Below the pieces are notes generated by a model. The model was given only the letters and a program-made list of their open reading frames with translations. It made no database searches and was not told the DNA's origin. A stretch of DNA of 64,000 nt from Prorocentrum cordatum. Lineage: Eukaryota. Position numbers and translations under genes: made by a program. The stretch's first letter is position 1. Each line of letters opens with the position of its first letter. The stretch spans positions 1,302,001 to 1,366,000 of the forward strand of contig CAUYUJ010000001.1 in assembly GCA_963575745.1 (NCBI GenBank), given 5' to 3'. This document shows positions 22,271 through 35,160 of this stretch, piece after piece.

Positions 22271-23569
22271 AGTTTGCCTTTTTTCTCGTTGATGCCCGGG
22301 GGAGTTTTTGCCAGATCGCCCGCGACCGTCGCTTTCAGGCTGGGGTTAAGAGTTCGACCGGGGCATTCCCAACATGGAACCAAAATTGAAAATATTAAAC
22401 GACGAGTTGTCCTAAGTTCCTGTTCGGTGGTAGCGCAGCACCTCGCGGCGACTGAATTGTCTCTAAGGCCAAGGCATGACGACCCCCCTCAGAGACAATA
22501 CTTCTAGAAACTAGCGGCAAACACTCTTCATCAGACAAAAAACACTGTTGACAACCAACTACGTCAAACATATGGTTCGAATTGACGAGACCAACAAAGT
22601 GCAAGAAGCACAGAGCGCGCATCTGTCTCCTGTCTCGCCGATCACACACGCGCTGGATGGACGCGAAGGCTTTCGAAGCGCTTGCTGGAAGAACTAATCC
22701 GCCAATAACGCGCCAGTCGGGCCCATCCTTCCACGCTGGCTGGATCCAAACGCAGCATGCCCATTGCCATGGAGATGCGATTATGGTCGTCGTTGTTGTA
22801 CGGGGCGATAGCAGTTACAATTTGAAAATCTAGTTTCAGTGCGGGAGAAAACTTCGAAAATTGAGACAAGTGGACGAACCTGTCGATTACTTTTCCTCCG
22901 GTGCATTTTTCCACCGCGCGCGCAGCCGTCAATTGGGCGAATATTCGCAAAGTAACGACTCGTTAAAATGTTGATGACGATGTAACAGTTGAAATGTGTA
23001 GTGTACCTTTTTCGCAAAATGAACCACACCATTGACTGTCATATTCATCAACCACTTCGTAGCCACACCTACAGCGTCTGTTCGTTCGTCGGGGTTCCCA
23101 ACCCCTTAACAATCGGGGAAAGTCCCCCCATGCTTTGGCTTCGCAATCGCTTTGCACAGAAGCCCGCTACGTCGAGCACAAAACAAAGTTTAGCAAAAAT
23201 TGCTCGCGGAGAGGAGGAAGCAGAGACAGGAAGATAAACGATCGACGGAATGATCCCACGCGGCCCTCCGTGCCACGATTGGATTCGCTGTGATGTTATT
23301 GTCAGAACGCATTCTCGTTCATCGTCAATGTCGTTACATGCAGACTGTGCATCATGTTTTATTCCCCCTGGTGGTTTTCGCAGATCTCGGCGGAAGCCCC
23401 GAAGAGTTTGCTGAGCACGCTCTGGGTGCTCCTCGGGGCGCACCTGCATCGTCTTGGTCCGTCCTGGAACCTTCCGACTTCGGATTCGGGTCTGCCGAGG
23501 CCTTTTGATCAGCGCGTTAGCCAGCGTGAACTCCAAACAGTGCGTTCTAGCATATTCGGTGATATAGCA

Positions 23570-24035
23570 CATGCGGCGCAAGCTATGTGGTGCAACCTCT
23601 GCGTTGCAAGAAATACATTGGACGCTACGTGGTCCATGCTACGTGGTGCAATATATGTGGCGTGAGCTATGTGGTGTAAGCTATGGTGTATACTATTCGC
23701 GGTTGGAGTTAACGTATTCATCTATGTGTTGTGAGCCATATAAAGATCGTTGCGCAAGCTATGTGGCGCGAGCTCTGAGATGCGAAAATATGGAAAAGGA
23801 ATGCAGAGCAACGCATAACAATGCGAAGCAATGCAATGGAACCTTACGCAATGCAGAGCACTTCCAAGCGACGCAAAGCAGCGCGGAGCAATCCAAAGCA
23901 ACGCAATGCCAAGTCCGCCAGGAAAGTAGCGCAAAGAAAGCAATGCAGATCAATGTAATGTCATGAAAATCAGCGCAAGGCAATGCACAGTAACGCAGAG
24001 CAGCGCAAAGCGATGCAAAACGCAACGCCAAGCAA
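23570..24035. repeat. Degenerate pentamer/decamer satellite (ATGTGGTGCA-like, then GCAAT/GCAAA-like)
   Basis: Direct reading of the sequence. Confidence 0.6.
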
Positions 24036-25071
24036 TGCGGCGACGAGGCGGCGGGCGCCGACGGGGCGGCGACGGCTGCCACGCGGCGGCAGGACCGCCA
24101 CCCGGGCCCATACGGCGGGCGGTGACGAGGCGGCGGCGGGGCAGCGACGGCAACCACACGGCGACGGACCCGGCGCGCCGGCCCAGACGACGGGCGGCGA
24201 CGAGGCGGCGGCGGCGGCCACACAGCCGCTAGACCGACGCGCAGGCCCGGACGACGGGCGGCGACGAGGTGGCGACGGGGCCGCGACGGCGACCACATGG
24301 CAGCCAGACCGACGCGCAGGCCCACTTCTTAGAAAACGAGCAGAACATTGGAGTGCAAGCACTGCACGGGAGTTTGGGCGGTTTTCTTTGGCCCCCAGGG
24401 GCCTCCTGGGCACTGCGCCAGGGCATTGGCGGGAACCGCATTTAAAACGTCGTCCGAAATGTGGTTCCCGCTCCAGCCCCGGCGTCATTATTGCCGCCGA
24501 CCCCCACCCTCTCCCCGGACCAGTTGTTCGATGATCCCCGGGTTTTCTCTGTGGGCCTGGGGCCAGCCAAAAATTCGAGGTCCTCGCGTTTCAAGCTGAC
24601 GGTCTCCAAGATGATTCCTACACGGCATCCAGGATTCCAAAAGAGCAGTTAAAATGCTTCGCGACACCTTGATGTGGCCCCGAGAAGTCCCCATCTGTCT
24701 CCCACAACGATGCACACGTCAATGCACCTACAGTGAATATGCCAGCGCGTTGCGAAATAATGAAAAGGTCGGTGATGTTGATGAGGATGGCTCGGATAGA
24801 CAACGACAGGACATCAGGCACGCACGCCGATGATGACCTAGGTTTTCCTGCGCGCACTGACATATGGTTCGACGATCACAAGCTGCAACGTCAATCTGCA
24901 CACCCAACAGCGTCGCCAGCCACTCCTGCAGATTGAACAATGCAGTAGTGCAATCGGCACCGAATGTGTAATCACTTCCGATGGCTTATTGGGGGTTCCA
25001 TTTTTTTGATGTTGGGGATTTGTGGGCCTATTTGGAAGGACCGAAAACCATCCCGTGGCATGACACTGGAC

Positions 25072-25215
25072 ATAATGACGCCAGCGCTGCAGCGGGAGCA
25101 GGATTCGGAACGAGCGGAAGCGCGGAAATGAGGCCAACGTTGCAGCGGGAGCACGATTCAGAACGAGCGGTAGCCCGAAAATGAGTCCAGCGCTTCAGCG
25201 AGAGCAGCATTTTGA
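25072..25215. repeat. ~53-bp minisatellite, ~3 copies
   Basis: ATGA..CCA(G/A)CG.T.CAGCG(G/A)GAGCA..ATT at ~25075, 25128 and 25180. Confidence 0.8.
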
Positions 25216-25219
25216 AAAA

Positions 25220-25220
<1 letters not shown>

Positions 25221-25281
<61 letters not shown>

Positions 25282-25288
25282 GTAACAG

Positions 25289-25319
<31 letters not shown>

Positions 25320-25395
25320 CACAACCACAAGCACAAGCACAACAACAACAAAACAAAACAAATAAACAAAAAACAAACAAATAGCAAAAAACAAA
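25221..25395 (+). repeat. (CAA)n and A-rich microsatellite
   Basis: Direct reading of the sequence. Confidence 0.9.
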
Positions 25396-27329
25396 ACTCC
25401 CGGGAGTCTTGTTTGTAATGTGTTAAAAAAATACGCGAAGGGGGACCGGACATTCCCGGGACGCCACCAGGGGAGAGAGGAGAGTAGTCTTCATATTGTG
25501 TATTTGTATAGAGTGCAGGAGGGGTGCAGGAGGGGGGGAGGGGGAGGGGGGGGGGAGCGAGTAGGTTCAGGAGGAGGAGGTGGAGGCCTGCGGGGTCCAG
25601 GGGGAGCGAGGGACGAAGGGGACCAAAGCAGCGTCGAGCCAAAGGCATAATGGGGAGCCCTCGGTGGGTATGGCAGGCTCGTGGGGCGCACGGCCCCGAC
25701 TTGCGGCATGCCGCTGGCAAATGTTGGTGCGGCATCGGATTTTTTTAATGGTGCTGACCCCCGCGCGCAGGCAAAGCTTGCGCTGTGCCGGGTCGCACAA
25801 AGGCATTTCGCTACCGCAGCAAGTCGAACCAAAATGCACACGCCTTTGCCCTCCTCAGCATCATCATCGTCACCATCGTCATCTCTCCTCCCCATCAGAA
25901 TATCAAGGCCGCCGGCGGCGAATCACCCGTCGTTTCCTGGCACTTTGCCGGAGATGCGCGCAGCGTTAACACTTCGCGGCGCGCCGCGTGTTCGAGGCAG
26001 TCCTGTCGGAGGCCTCTTGAGGGCCACTGGGTTGCGTCTTCGGGGCCTCTTGGGCGTCTTGGGGCAGAATTCGGGGACCGCCTGAGGGCTTACGGGGGCG
26101 CTGGGGAGCCTTTGGAGGGGGGGGGGGGGCGCTGTCTGAATCGGGAAGGATCTGCCGAATTTGATCGAAGGAGCTCGAAACAATTGTGCGGCACTCCTGG
26201 CGGATCTCGGTGCAGCCGGGGGTGGCCCTCTTGGCTGTCTTTTGGGCCGTCTTGGAGTTTCTTGGGGGCTTCGTGCCCGCGGGGCTTCGGATATGGGGGC
26301 TGCGCCAGGCGCCAGCCCAGCCTGTCTCTGGGGAAGGGAGACGGGCGCATGGCAGGTGGGCGGGGATGAGCTGCAGAAGCTGCGGGAGGACGCTGTCCTT
26401 GCGATGATCTCGCGCTGCCTGGTCGCCTCCAAAAGCCTGCAGCTGAGACATCGAGGGTGTGGAACGCTCGCCCGCCATTGACAGGCGGGGCCTGACAACG
26501 AGGGGGATGCCGGCCCATTCACTGAACATGCTGTCATGCACTCATGACGCGTCTTTTGAGTCTGGGCACCCTTGCTTCGGGACATTTACCCGAAAGCAGC
26601 AGAGTCTGGACACTCTTTGTCCGTCGTCGGACCCTACAGGCATCGATGGTGCCCTGGCGAGCTCCATCCGCCATGTCGTGAACATCCAGGACCAGATGGC
26701 CACCAGAGTACGCACCGACCACGGGCGTTCGTTCTCCTGGCTGCTCGATCCTCGAAGGGCGAGGAGGCAGACGCGAGCTCATACACCGCGCGATCGCGCT
26801 CTCCCTCCACAGCCCGCGCCCGAGAGGAAACGCGGTGCCGTCCGTCGCGGCGTCCGCGGAGACGCAATTGCAGAACATCCGCCAGGGCAAGGATCCCCTG
26901 CTCGTCCCCCCTGCTGCCCTGGTGAGGGGGGGAGGAGGAGGGACGGGAGGGAGGAGGGAGGGAGGGAGGCAGGGACGGAGGGAGGGAAGCAGGGAGGAAG
27001 GAGGAGGAGGAGGAGGAGGAGGCGGAGGCGGAGGCGACATCCTTCCCTAGGGGCTCTGCACATGGGAAGGAGGGCGTCTGCGGAGTCGCCGCATTCGGCT
27101 CGTCTCGCTCGGGGCCTCTGCTCCTCGCTTCTTTGCTGGATTAGGTTAGCGCGCAGTCGCACTGCTGCCATACGGAGGGACTGTCGTGTTGGACCTTGAC
27201 GTAAGATGGTTCCCCTCTTGCTTCCATGTTTTGCCACGGTACGGCGAGCCAGCCGAAGGACGAGGACCATGATTGCATTGCTGCTGACGGCCCCTGCAAC
27301 GCCGCGGCAGCCGTCAAGCCCGCGGGCGG

Positions 27330-28290
27330 CAGAGGAAGAGGAGGGGAGGGAGGAAATTCAGTAGCGAAAAGAGGGAGGAGTACAAAGGAGGAGGAGGGGG
27401 GAGGAAGGGAGAATGAGGAGGAGGAGGTAGGAGGAGGAGGAGGAGGAGGAGGAGGAGGAGGAGGAGGAGGAGGAGGAGGAGGAGGAGGAGGAGGAGTAGG
27501 AGGAGGAGGAGGAGGTGGAGGAGGAGGGAGGAGGGGATGAGGAGGAGGAGGAGGAGGAGAGGAGGAGGGGGAGGAGGAGGAGGAGGAGGAGAGGAGGAGG
27601 AGGAGGAGGTAGGAGGAGGAGGAGGAGGGAGGAGGAGGGGAGGGGGGGGGGCGTTTCTCGCCTTCTCTCAACTCCCCACTCCTCTCCTTTCACCCCCCTC
27701 TCCTCTGTCCCCCCCCCCCCCATCATTCCTCCTTCGCCCCCCCTCGCCCTCGATCTCTCCCACTCCTCTTCCTCCTTGTCCGCCTCCTCTTCCGCATTCC
27801 GCATCCTCTTCCCCCCACCTTCTCTTCATTTCCTCCTTCTCCTCCTGTGCCTTCTCCCCCCCACACCCCCCCCCCCCTCCCCTTCCCTGTCCTTCCCTGC
27901 CTCTTTGCTCCCCCCACCACCACCCTCCTCCCATTAGGCCTGCTCTCCTATCCCTATACGTACCCTCTCTCTTTCTCACATCCTCATCCACATTTACGTC
28001 TGCCTCCTCCTCCTTCTCCTCCCTCCTCCTCCTCCTCTCCTCCTCCTCCTCTCCTCTTCATCCTCCTCGTCCTCCTCCTTCTCCTCCTCCTCTTCCTCCT
28101 CCTCCTCCTCCTCCTCCTCCTCCACCCTCCTACTCCTCCTCCTCCGCCTCCTCCTCCTCTTCCTCTTCTTCCGTTCACTGTCTCTATTTCTCTCTCTCTC
28201 TCTCTCTCTCTTTGTCTCCCTCTCTCTCTCTCTCTCCCTCTGTCCCTCTCCCTCTCTCTCTCCCTCTATATCTCTCTCTCTCTCTCTCTT
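27330..28290. repeat. (GGA)n tract followed by a (CCT)n/(CT)n tract (inverted microsatellite pair)
   Basis: Purine tract ~27330-27650, pyrimidine tract ~27660-28290. Confidence 0.85.
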
Positions 28291-31254
28291 TCCCGCACCT
28301 CCATCGGCGTCGCTGGCCCGCCGAATCTGCGACCGCAGCCGCGCTCCAAACGCCAAGGGCGCGGTCCGAGCACCGCCTGGCGCAGCGTGCACCCCTCGGG
28401 ACGTCGTCGCTCCGTTACCGGTGCCGCCGTCTCCGCTGCCGGAGCAATTGCGCGCGGATCTGCTGTCGGCGATTGACAGAAGGCACCCCCAGGCAAATCG
28501 GCTGAGGAAATTTGCACGGGTGCAGTCGACATTAGCATTCGCGTGCACCGGTGTAGTCCGTAGTCGGTTTCTAAAATCGACGTGCGTCTCGCCCGATACA
28601 GTCGTTTGTTTTCGGACGTAGATCAGCTACTACCCCGCCGGTGTGCACTCGGAATGCGGTGCCGTGCGCACGTGGGGTGGCCCTGGCAGCTTTGATTAAA
28701 GTGCGTTTTGCTAAAGGGGGTTCTGTCCACCCCCGATGCTGCGATCCTCGGTGTTGCTGACACGTACTGTTTGGCGCAGAAGGGGCCTCACGTTCGGCGT
28801 GGCTCGCCCTCGGCGGAATCCTCCTCCTCCTCCTCCGCCTCCTCCTCCTCCTCATGCTCCTCCTCCTCCTCCTCCTCCTCCTCCTCCTCCTCCTCCTCCT
28901 CCTCCTCCTCCACCCTCCTCCTCCTCCTCCTCCGCCTCCTCCTCCTCCCCCCCCTCTCCTCCTCCTCCTCCTCCTCCCTCCTCTCCTCCTCCTCCTCCTC
29001 CTCCTCCTCCTCCTCCTCCTCTTCCTCCAACTCCTCTCCGCCTCCTCCTCCGCCTCCTCCTCCGCCTCCTCCTCCTCCTCTTCCTCTTCCCTCTCTAGAA
29101 ACCTCAGGTCCCTCTGCCATGCCACGCTGCCGCGTGATGGCATTTCATCCTCCCTCTTCATAGACCCCTGGGGATTCCTAGAGGCCTTCGGTGGCCTCCA
29201 CAGACCTCCAGGGCCTCCACCGCAACTTGGGCCGCCAAAGCAACACGGGAGATCTAGAGTTCCCGCGCCTCGTGCTTCCGCCAGGCCAGTGTTCCTACTG
29301 CTTGCGTTGTTGCTGCTGCCATTGCTACCGCTACTGCTGCTCAGTCATCCACCCCTCAGCTGCTTCGCAACCATGCCTCAGCTTCTCCTGGGCCCAGGAT
29401 GACGCGCCGACGCCGACGACGCAGCCCTCGCCGCCGCCAATGACGATGATGACAACGGTGGCTGTGACAATGACAACGACGCAGCCGAGGACGTGCCTCT
29501 GCGCGGGCTGCCCGCGTCGTCATTGTCGTCTTCGCCATCTTCGTCGTCGTCGGCGCATTGCCGTCGTCGGCGGCCGCCGTTGCGACATGGCGATAGGCGC
29601 ACAGGAGCGCGGCGAGGTGCGACTGAGAATCTGCCTCTGCGTCCCCGTCGACGGCGTTGTCGGCGTTGTCGGCGTCGGCGTCTTCGTCGTCTTCGTCGGA
29701 GTCGGTGCCTTCGTCGCCGCCCCCATGACACCCAGCGCCACAGTGTTTCCGTGGCGTGGGCCCCCGGAGCTCTCGACCCCATCTGGTGGGACCGTGGCCT
29801 GCATCCTGGGCCACACTCCCTTGACGGCCCCTCCTTCTCCTCCTCCTCCTCCTCCTCCTACTCCTCCTCCTCCTCCTCCTCCTCCTCCGCCTCCTCCTCC
29901 TCCTCCTCCTCCTCCTCCTCCTCCTCCTGCTCCTCCTCCGGCCGTGGTGCCCCAGGGCCCGGGTCCGAGGAGGGCCCCAGGGCGGCGGACCGCGAGACAA
30001 ACCTTCCAGGAGCCGCCGGCATGAATGAAGCCAGCCGTCACGAACCGTTGGGCGCTGGAGTTGTACGGCGCGCCCTCGTCGGCGTGTCGCCGTCGGCGCC
30101 GGCGCCGTCGGCACGCTGTCGGCGAGGGCGCCGTCGGCGCCGGCGCCGTTGGCACCGCCGGCGCTGGCGGTCGGCGCCGTCGGCGCCGTCGGCGCCGCCG
30201 GCGCCGTCGGCTGCCCGCGCGCGCGCGCGAGGAGCTGGAGCTGCTGGAGGCGATCTGCAGGCGGCTGCCAGAGCTGGCGCCCGCGCCCACCGCGCCGCCG
30301 CCCGCTCCCGCGGCGGCGCCGGAGGCGCCGCCTGTTGCCGCTGCCGCCGCCGCCGTCGTCGCAGCCGCCGTAATCGCCGCCGCGCGCATCGCTCTGGACA
30401 AAGGTGTAGGGACTCCTCCTCCTCCTCCCCCTCCTCCCCCTCCTCATTAGAACAGATGAAGAAGAAGAAGAAGAAGAAGAAGAAGAAGAAGAAGACGAGG
30501 GCGACGAGAAGGAGGAGCCCCAGGCCTCCAGGGACTACGGGGGTCTTTACGTGCTCGCTGGAAGACCTCCTGAAAGATACTTCTGGGGACCTCAAAGGAG
30601 GAGTAGGAGAAGGATCCGGATCGGGCTCGTGGAGTTCGTGTGTCAATTCGGCTCCTGGGACTTGAAACCCTGAGACCTCGCTACGTTGTGAACCGTCGAC
30701 CTTGCAAGGCAGCCTCCGCACCCGAACGGGATCGCGCTGCCTCTTTGGGGCAACCCCACTGGAGCCACGCAGCCGTGGGGGCGCCTCCCTCCGAGGGGGC
30801 CGATGATACCGATCGAGCCTGCAGAATCCCCCGCGCCTCTGGGGCCGGTAGGCAGCGACGGCCGACCAACATTCAGAAAGACAAGGATCGGGTTGGGAGG
30901 ACGGGGCCGGAAGGAGTGATCGCGTCATCAATATGACCGCGTATGCTGAAGGTGCTTCTGACACAGTCGTACCCTGCATCTTCCCTACCACTTCCCCCCA
31001 ACACGATGACTGCTTTTCCCAAACACGGGATGGACGCGAGGGAGAGGACGCGTGCAAGAGGGGGGCAAAGGGAAGGAGAGCGGGGTGGGGCGCACACACC
31101 TTTTGGCCGCGCATCCACGCGCGCAGCGTCGCGGTGGAGAAGGTCGGGCGGAGAGAAGCGCGCGGCCGGCTCGCATCGCGCCGCATGGGGACCAGGATCC
31201 GCCCAATAGGGGATCGGCCAGGGCATGGGGAGGGGAGCTGCGAGGGGTGGGGGT

Positions 31255-31393
31255 TGAAGTCGGGCCTGGCCCTCTACAGGAGGAATGTTCAGAGATAGTC
31301 CAACAGTAGTCTGGGGATGGTTGTTTTGCTAGTTTTGAATATTGCTGGGTATTTTTAATTTCTTCGTCCTGTAGGGGGACATGCCCGACATGA
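31255..31393. mobile_element. MITE, diverged copy of the 59771-59932 family
   Basis: AAGTCGGGCCTGGCCCTCTACAGGAGGAATGTTCAGAGATAGTC ... CCTGTAGGGGGACATGCCCGAC. AT-rich core. TSD not clean. Confidence 0.75.
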
Positions 31394-34056
31394 GGGTAGG
31401 GGGAGAGACGGGAATAGGGGGCGAGACAAGGCTGAGGGGGCGCACACGCGCGCGCGGGGGGGGGGGGGGCATTTGGATCAATGCTTCTCTTCTCTGTCCT
31501 CGGTCCTGTCGCTGCCGTGTCTCATCGAATTACGCGGGTGCCCTCCTGTTCCCCGCGCTCGAACCCGAGAGAGGTGATGCGCATACAGTACCAGATGTGA
31601 GTTTCGTTCTTTTGACTGCATATCGCAGTTCCCGTTCCCGTAGTCGGCGTACCAGGCGGCTGTTTCGGTTCTCGGTTGGACGTTGCCATCTTGATGTTCC
31701 CGCCGTCAGAGTCGGTGATGCACACGAACAGGGGCTAGCTGAGGAGGGAGACGTGCGCCGAGAAGAGCAAGGAGAAAGATTGGGTCGAAACGTATGCCCG
31801 CGATGTAACATGTGGTCTTCTAGCCCTCTTGGATGTGACAACGCCTGTTCAGCGTGCGGTCCCCGTACTTCGAGAAATCATACCGCTGGTGATGTGGAAA
31901 ACAGCTGCGCATACCTTTGGCGCCCTGGGGCCAGCTACTGCAGCGGCACTCGGGGCTGCCATTCTAGCAACAAACGGGACGTAGCCTTTGAAACGAAAGG
32001 CGCCCGCACGGGGAGGGTGGACCAAAAAAAAGACGATGACGATGACGATGACGGTGATCGTCATCATCGTCGTCACCGTCATCGTCACCGTCATCGTCAT
32101 CGTCATCGTCATCGTTGTTCCAAAAAGTCACTGGCGATGTAGACGGGCGGCCGCCGCCATGCCACCACGAGGCGGCACCCCACTGCGGCGCAGAGGGGAG
32201 CGCCACCAGGACCCCCGCCGGCAGACCGCCAGAGTCTTGCACGGTCGGCGAAAGGCCAGACGGGACCTCATGGACGTTGCCTGACAAGTTGCCTTGAGCT
32301 GTCTCGGCAGATGGGGGAGGAGGAGGAGGAGGAGGAGGAGGAGGAGGAGGAGGAGGTGGAAAAGGAGGAGGAGGAGGAGGAGGAAAAGGAGGAGGAGGAG
32401 GAGGGGTAGCGGAGGAAAAGAGGGAAGAGAGGACGCGGGGGAGCAGGATGTGGAGGGCGAGGAGGAGGGAGGAGGATCGGGAGCGAGCTGGAGCGGGAAG
32501 AGGACGAGGGGCAGGAGGAGCGGCAGGAGGAGGAGGAGGCGGCGGAGGGTCAACGAAGGGCGCCACATCAGCACCGATGAATACCTTCCGCAGCCTTAGC
32601 CTCAGACGGAGGAGGGCTATAGGAGCAGCAGCAAGATGTCCGTGGGCAGCCGACCCCGAGTTGGCGCGGGCGCTCTGCCCAAGCCTGCCGGCCGTGCCGT
32701 GGTGGGGCATGGACCGTGGGCGAGACACACGGTTGGGAACGCTTGCTGAGTGCAGCCACGCGCAGAGGGGGTTGGGGGGAGGGGGGAAGGCGAACCCCGA
32801 CCCCCTCGCGGACCGCGCGGGCGCGCTCGTGACCCGGCCGGCCTCGAGGGCTGGCCGCCGGCGAAGGCCGCGGTCGACGACGGCGCGAAGGCCCCACCAC
32901 CCGCCGACGGCGGCGGCCGCGGGGCTATGGAGGAGGGCGCGGAGACGAGAAGCCAGCCGCGCGCAGAGGGGGACAGGGGGGAGGGGGGACGGCTTGTTGG
33001 AAGCACATATGCTTCTCAAAAGGCGCAGGCCTTATCTGTAGACGTGAGGGCCTGCGCCTTCGAGCAGCCTCCCTCCAAGAAGCCTTCCCCCCCCCCATTC
33101 CCCCTTGTGCGCGCTGCCAAATACGGTCAGGAACGTTTGCTTTGCGCGTCATTCCCCTGGTTCTGGCCCACCACGCTTCGGCGCGACACGCCAAGCACGT
33201 CGCGGTCCCCGGGCGTCATCGTCCAGAGCTCTTCCCAGCCTCCCGCCCCACGGAGCGGAGCGATGCACCATCCGTTTGCAAGGCACCACAGCACTGCAGT
33301 CGAGGCGACGTGGGAGAAGGAAACGGAGGAGGAAGGGGAGGAGGAGGAGGAGGAGGAGGAGGAGGACGACGACGACGACGAGATTCCGACCACGGCCCGC
33401 TGCCAGGCTCGGGCGAAGGCCACCACACCGCTGGCGGTGATGGCCGCCGCGCTGCCGGCGGCCGCCGCCGCCGCCGCGGAGGAGGAATCGGCCCCCCTCC
33501 CCCTGATCCGCGGACCGAGGGCAGAGTCTGGGAGCGCACACCACGTGTTCAGACGACAGAGAGAGAGAGAGAGACGTGATAGAGCAAGAGAGAGATAGAG
33601 AGAGAGAGAGACGAGAGAGAGAGAAGGAGAGGCAGAAAAAGAGGGAGGGACAGGGACAGTGACAAGGACAAGGACAGGGACAGGGACAAAGACGGAGAGA
33701 GAGAGAGAGTGCGAGAGCGAAAGAGAGAGAGAGAGAGAGAGAGAGAGCGCGGGAGAGTGAGAGAGAGAGAGATAAAGATTACGTCTCACGCCCCTGCACG
33801 CTTGCGGCTTGTCCAAGAAAAAAGGAGCGAGAGAGAGAGGGGGGGGACCCAGAGCAGCACGCAGCAGCGGCAGGTGAGCAGAACTTGTGGCGACGCTGTC
33901 CGCCCGAAGATGTAGCAAAGCACGAGGACGCGCACACTCTGCCAAAGGCCACGCGCCTCCTCCTCCTCCTCCTCCTCCTCCTCCTCCTCCTCCTCCTCCT
34001 CCTCCTCCTCCTCCTCCCTCCTCCTCCTCCTCTCCCCTCCTCCTCCTCCTCCCCTC

Positions 34057-34089
<33 letters not shown>

Positions 34090-34204
34090 TCCGCCTCATC
34101 CCCTTCCTCCTCCTCCTCCTCCTCCTCCTCCTCCTCGTCCTCCTCCTCCCCCGAACACTTCGATCCTTCTCCTCCTCCTCCTCCGCCTCCTTCTCCTCCC
34201 TGCT

Positions 34205-35085
34205 CCATTCGTTTTCTTTATACATTATTTCTCCCTGTTGCACCCCGAGGCCAGTGTTTAGGGCGGGTCGGGCGTTTCGCCTGAGACTTCATCATCAGTT
34301 TTGACCCTGAAGCTTAACAAGTAGCAACAGCTTCACAGATGGAGGGCGGGTCGTTTTCAAAATGTGGCTCCTCGCCTCAGCGCCGCGCACGTTCGATTTA
34401 GAAATCTGCACGAGTTGAACGGATTGAGGGCGACCCGTTCTCAAAATGTGGCTCCTCGCTTTAGCGCCGCGCACATTCGTTTTCAAAAAAATGCAGCAGT
34501 TTAACGGATTGAGGGCGAGCCGTTTTCAAAGTGTGGTTGTCGCCTTATCGCCGCGCACATTCGTTTTCAAAACATGTGCAATAATTTCAAGGATTGAGGG
34601 AGACTCGTTTTCAAGATGTGGTTCTCGCCTTAGCGCCGCGCACATTCGTTTTGACAAAATGTGTTTCACTGATTGAGAGCGAGCCGTTTTCAAAATGTGG
34701 CTCTCGCCATAGCGCCGCACACAGTCGTTTTCAAAAAATGCGCAAGAGCTTCACGGATTCCTCTGATCTGCGTACCAGAAATTTTTTTTTGGAGGGATTC
34801 AGGATTACGAAAAGGTGCAACAGTTAATTACATTGATTCGCAGCGTTGAGGTCCCAGGAATCGCGTTCTGGCACGATTCCGGATCGTCAAGACGCAACAA
34901 TCAGGTTGATCCGTGGCGTTGGAATATTGAGAACAATGTTTTGGCATGCTTCAGGGTCTTCAAACGGTTGTCTGCCAACGAGGCAGTTCCCTCTGTGGAA
35001 AAGAACCGGTGTAGGGGCATGTGAGAAAGGAGCTTGGAGGGAGGGTTTATTCCAACATCGTTGATGACCCTTGTGTTTACACTGG
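34205..35085. mobile_element. Dispersed non-coding element carrying an internal 84-bp tandem array, lying between (CCT)n tracts
   Basis: The left terminal motif CTCCCTGTTGCACCCCGAGGCC (34231-34252) is shared with 61840-61861. CCT tracts flank both sides. Confidence 0.5.
34335..34760. repeat. ~84-bp minisatellite, 5 copies
   Basis: GAT(T/G)GAG(G/A)G..CGTTTTCAAAATGTGG..TCGC..AGCGCCGCGCACATTCG units at ~34338, 34422, 34507, 34592 and 34671. Confidence 0.9.
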
Positions 35086-35160
35086 TCCTCCTCCTCCTTC
35101 TCCTCCTTCTCCTGCTCCTCCTCTTCCTCCTAGCTGTTAGGTCGTCGTCCCCTCGACCCC

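Noticed and set aside
26360..26930. Coding-like fragments here and at 21450-21830, 24600-24940 and 31500-32030
   Set aside because: No consistent frame or recognisable motif, so I cannot support a call without a database search.
34335..34760. CRISPR-like appearance of the 84-, 70-, 53- and 160-bp arrays
   Set aside because: Whole units are homologous, so there are no unique spacers between identical repeats. No cas genes are present and the context is eukaryotic.
34251..35085. CCAGTGT / ACACTGG as hAT-like TIRs
   Set aside because: The match is only 7 bp, there is no 8-bp TSD, and the motif shared with 61840 extends left of it.
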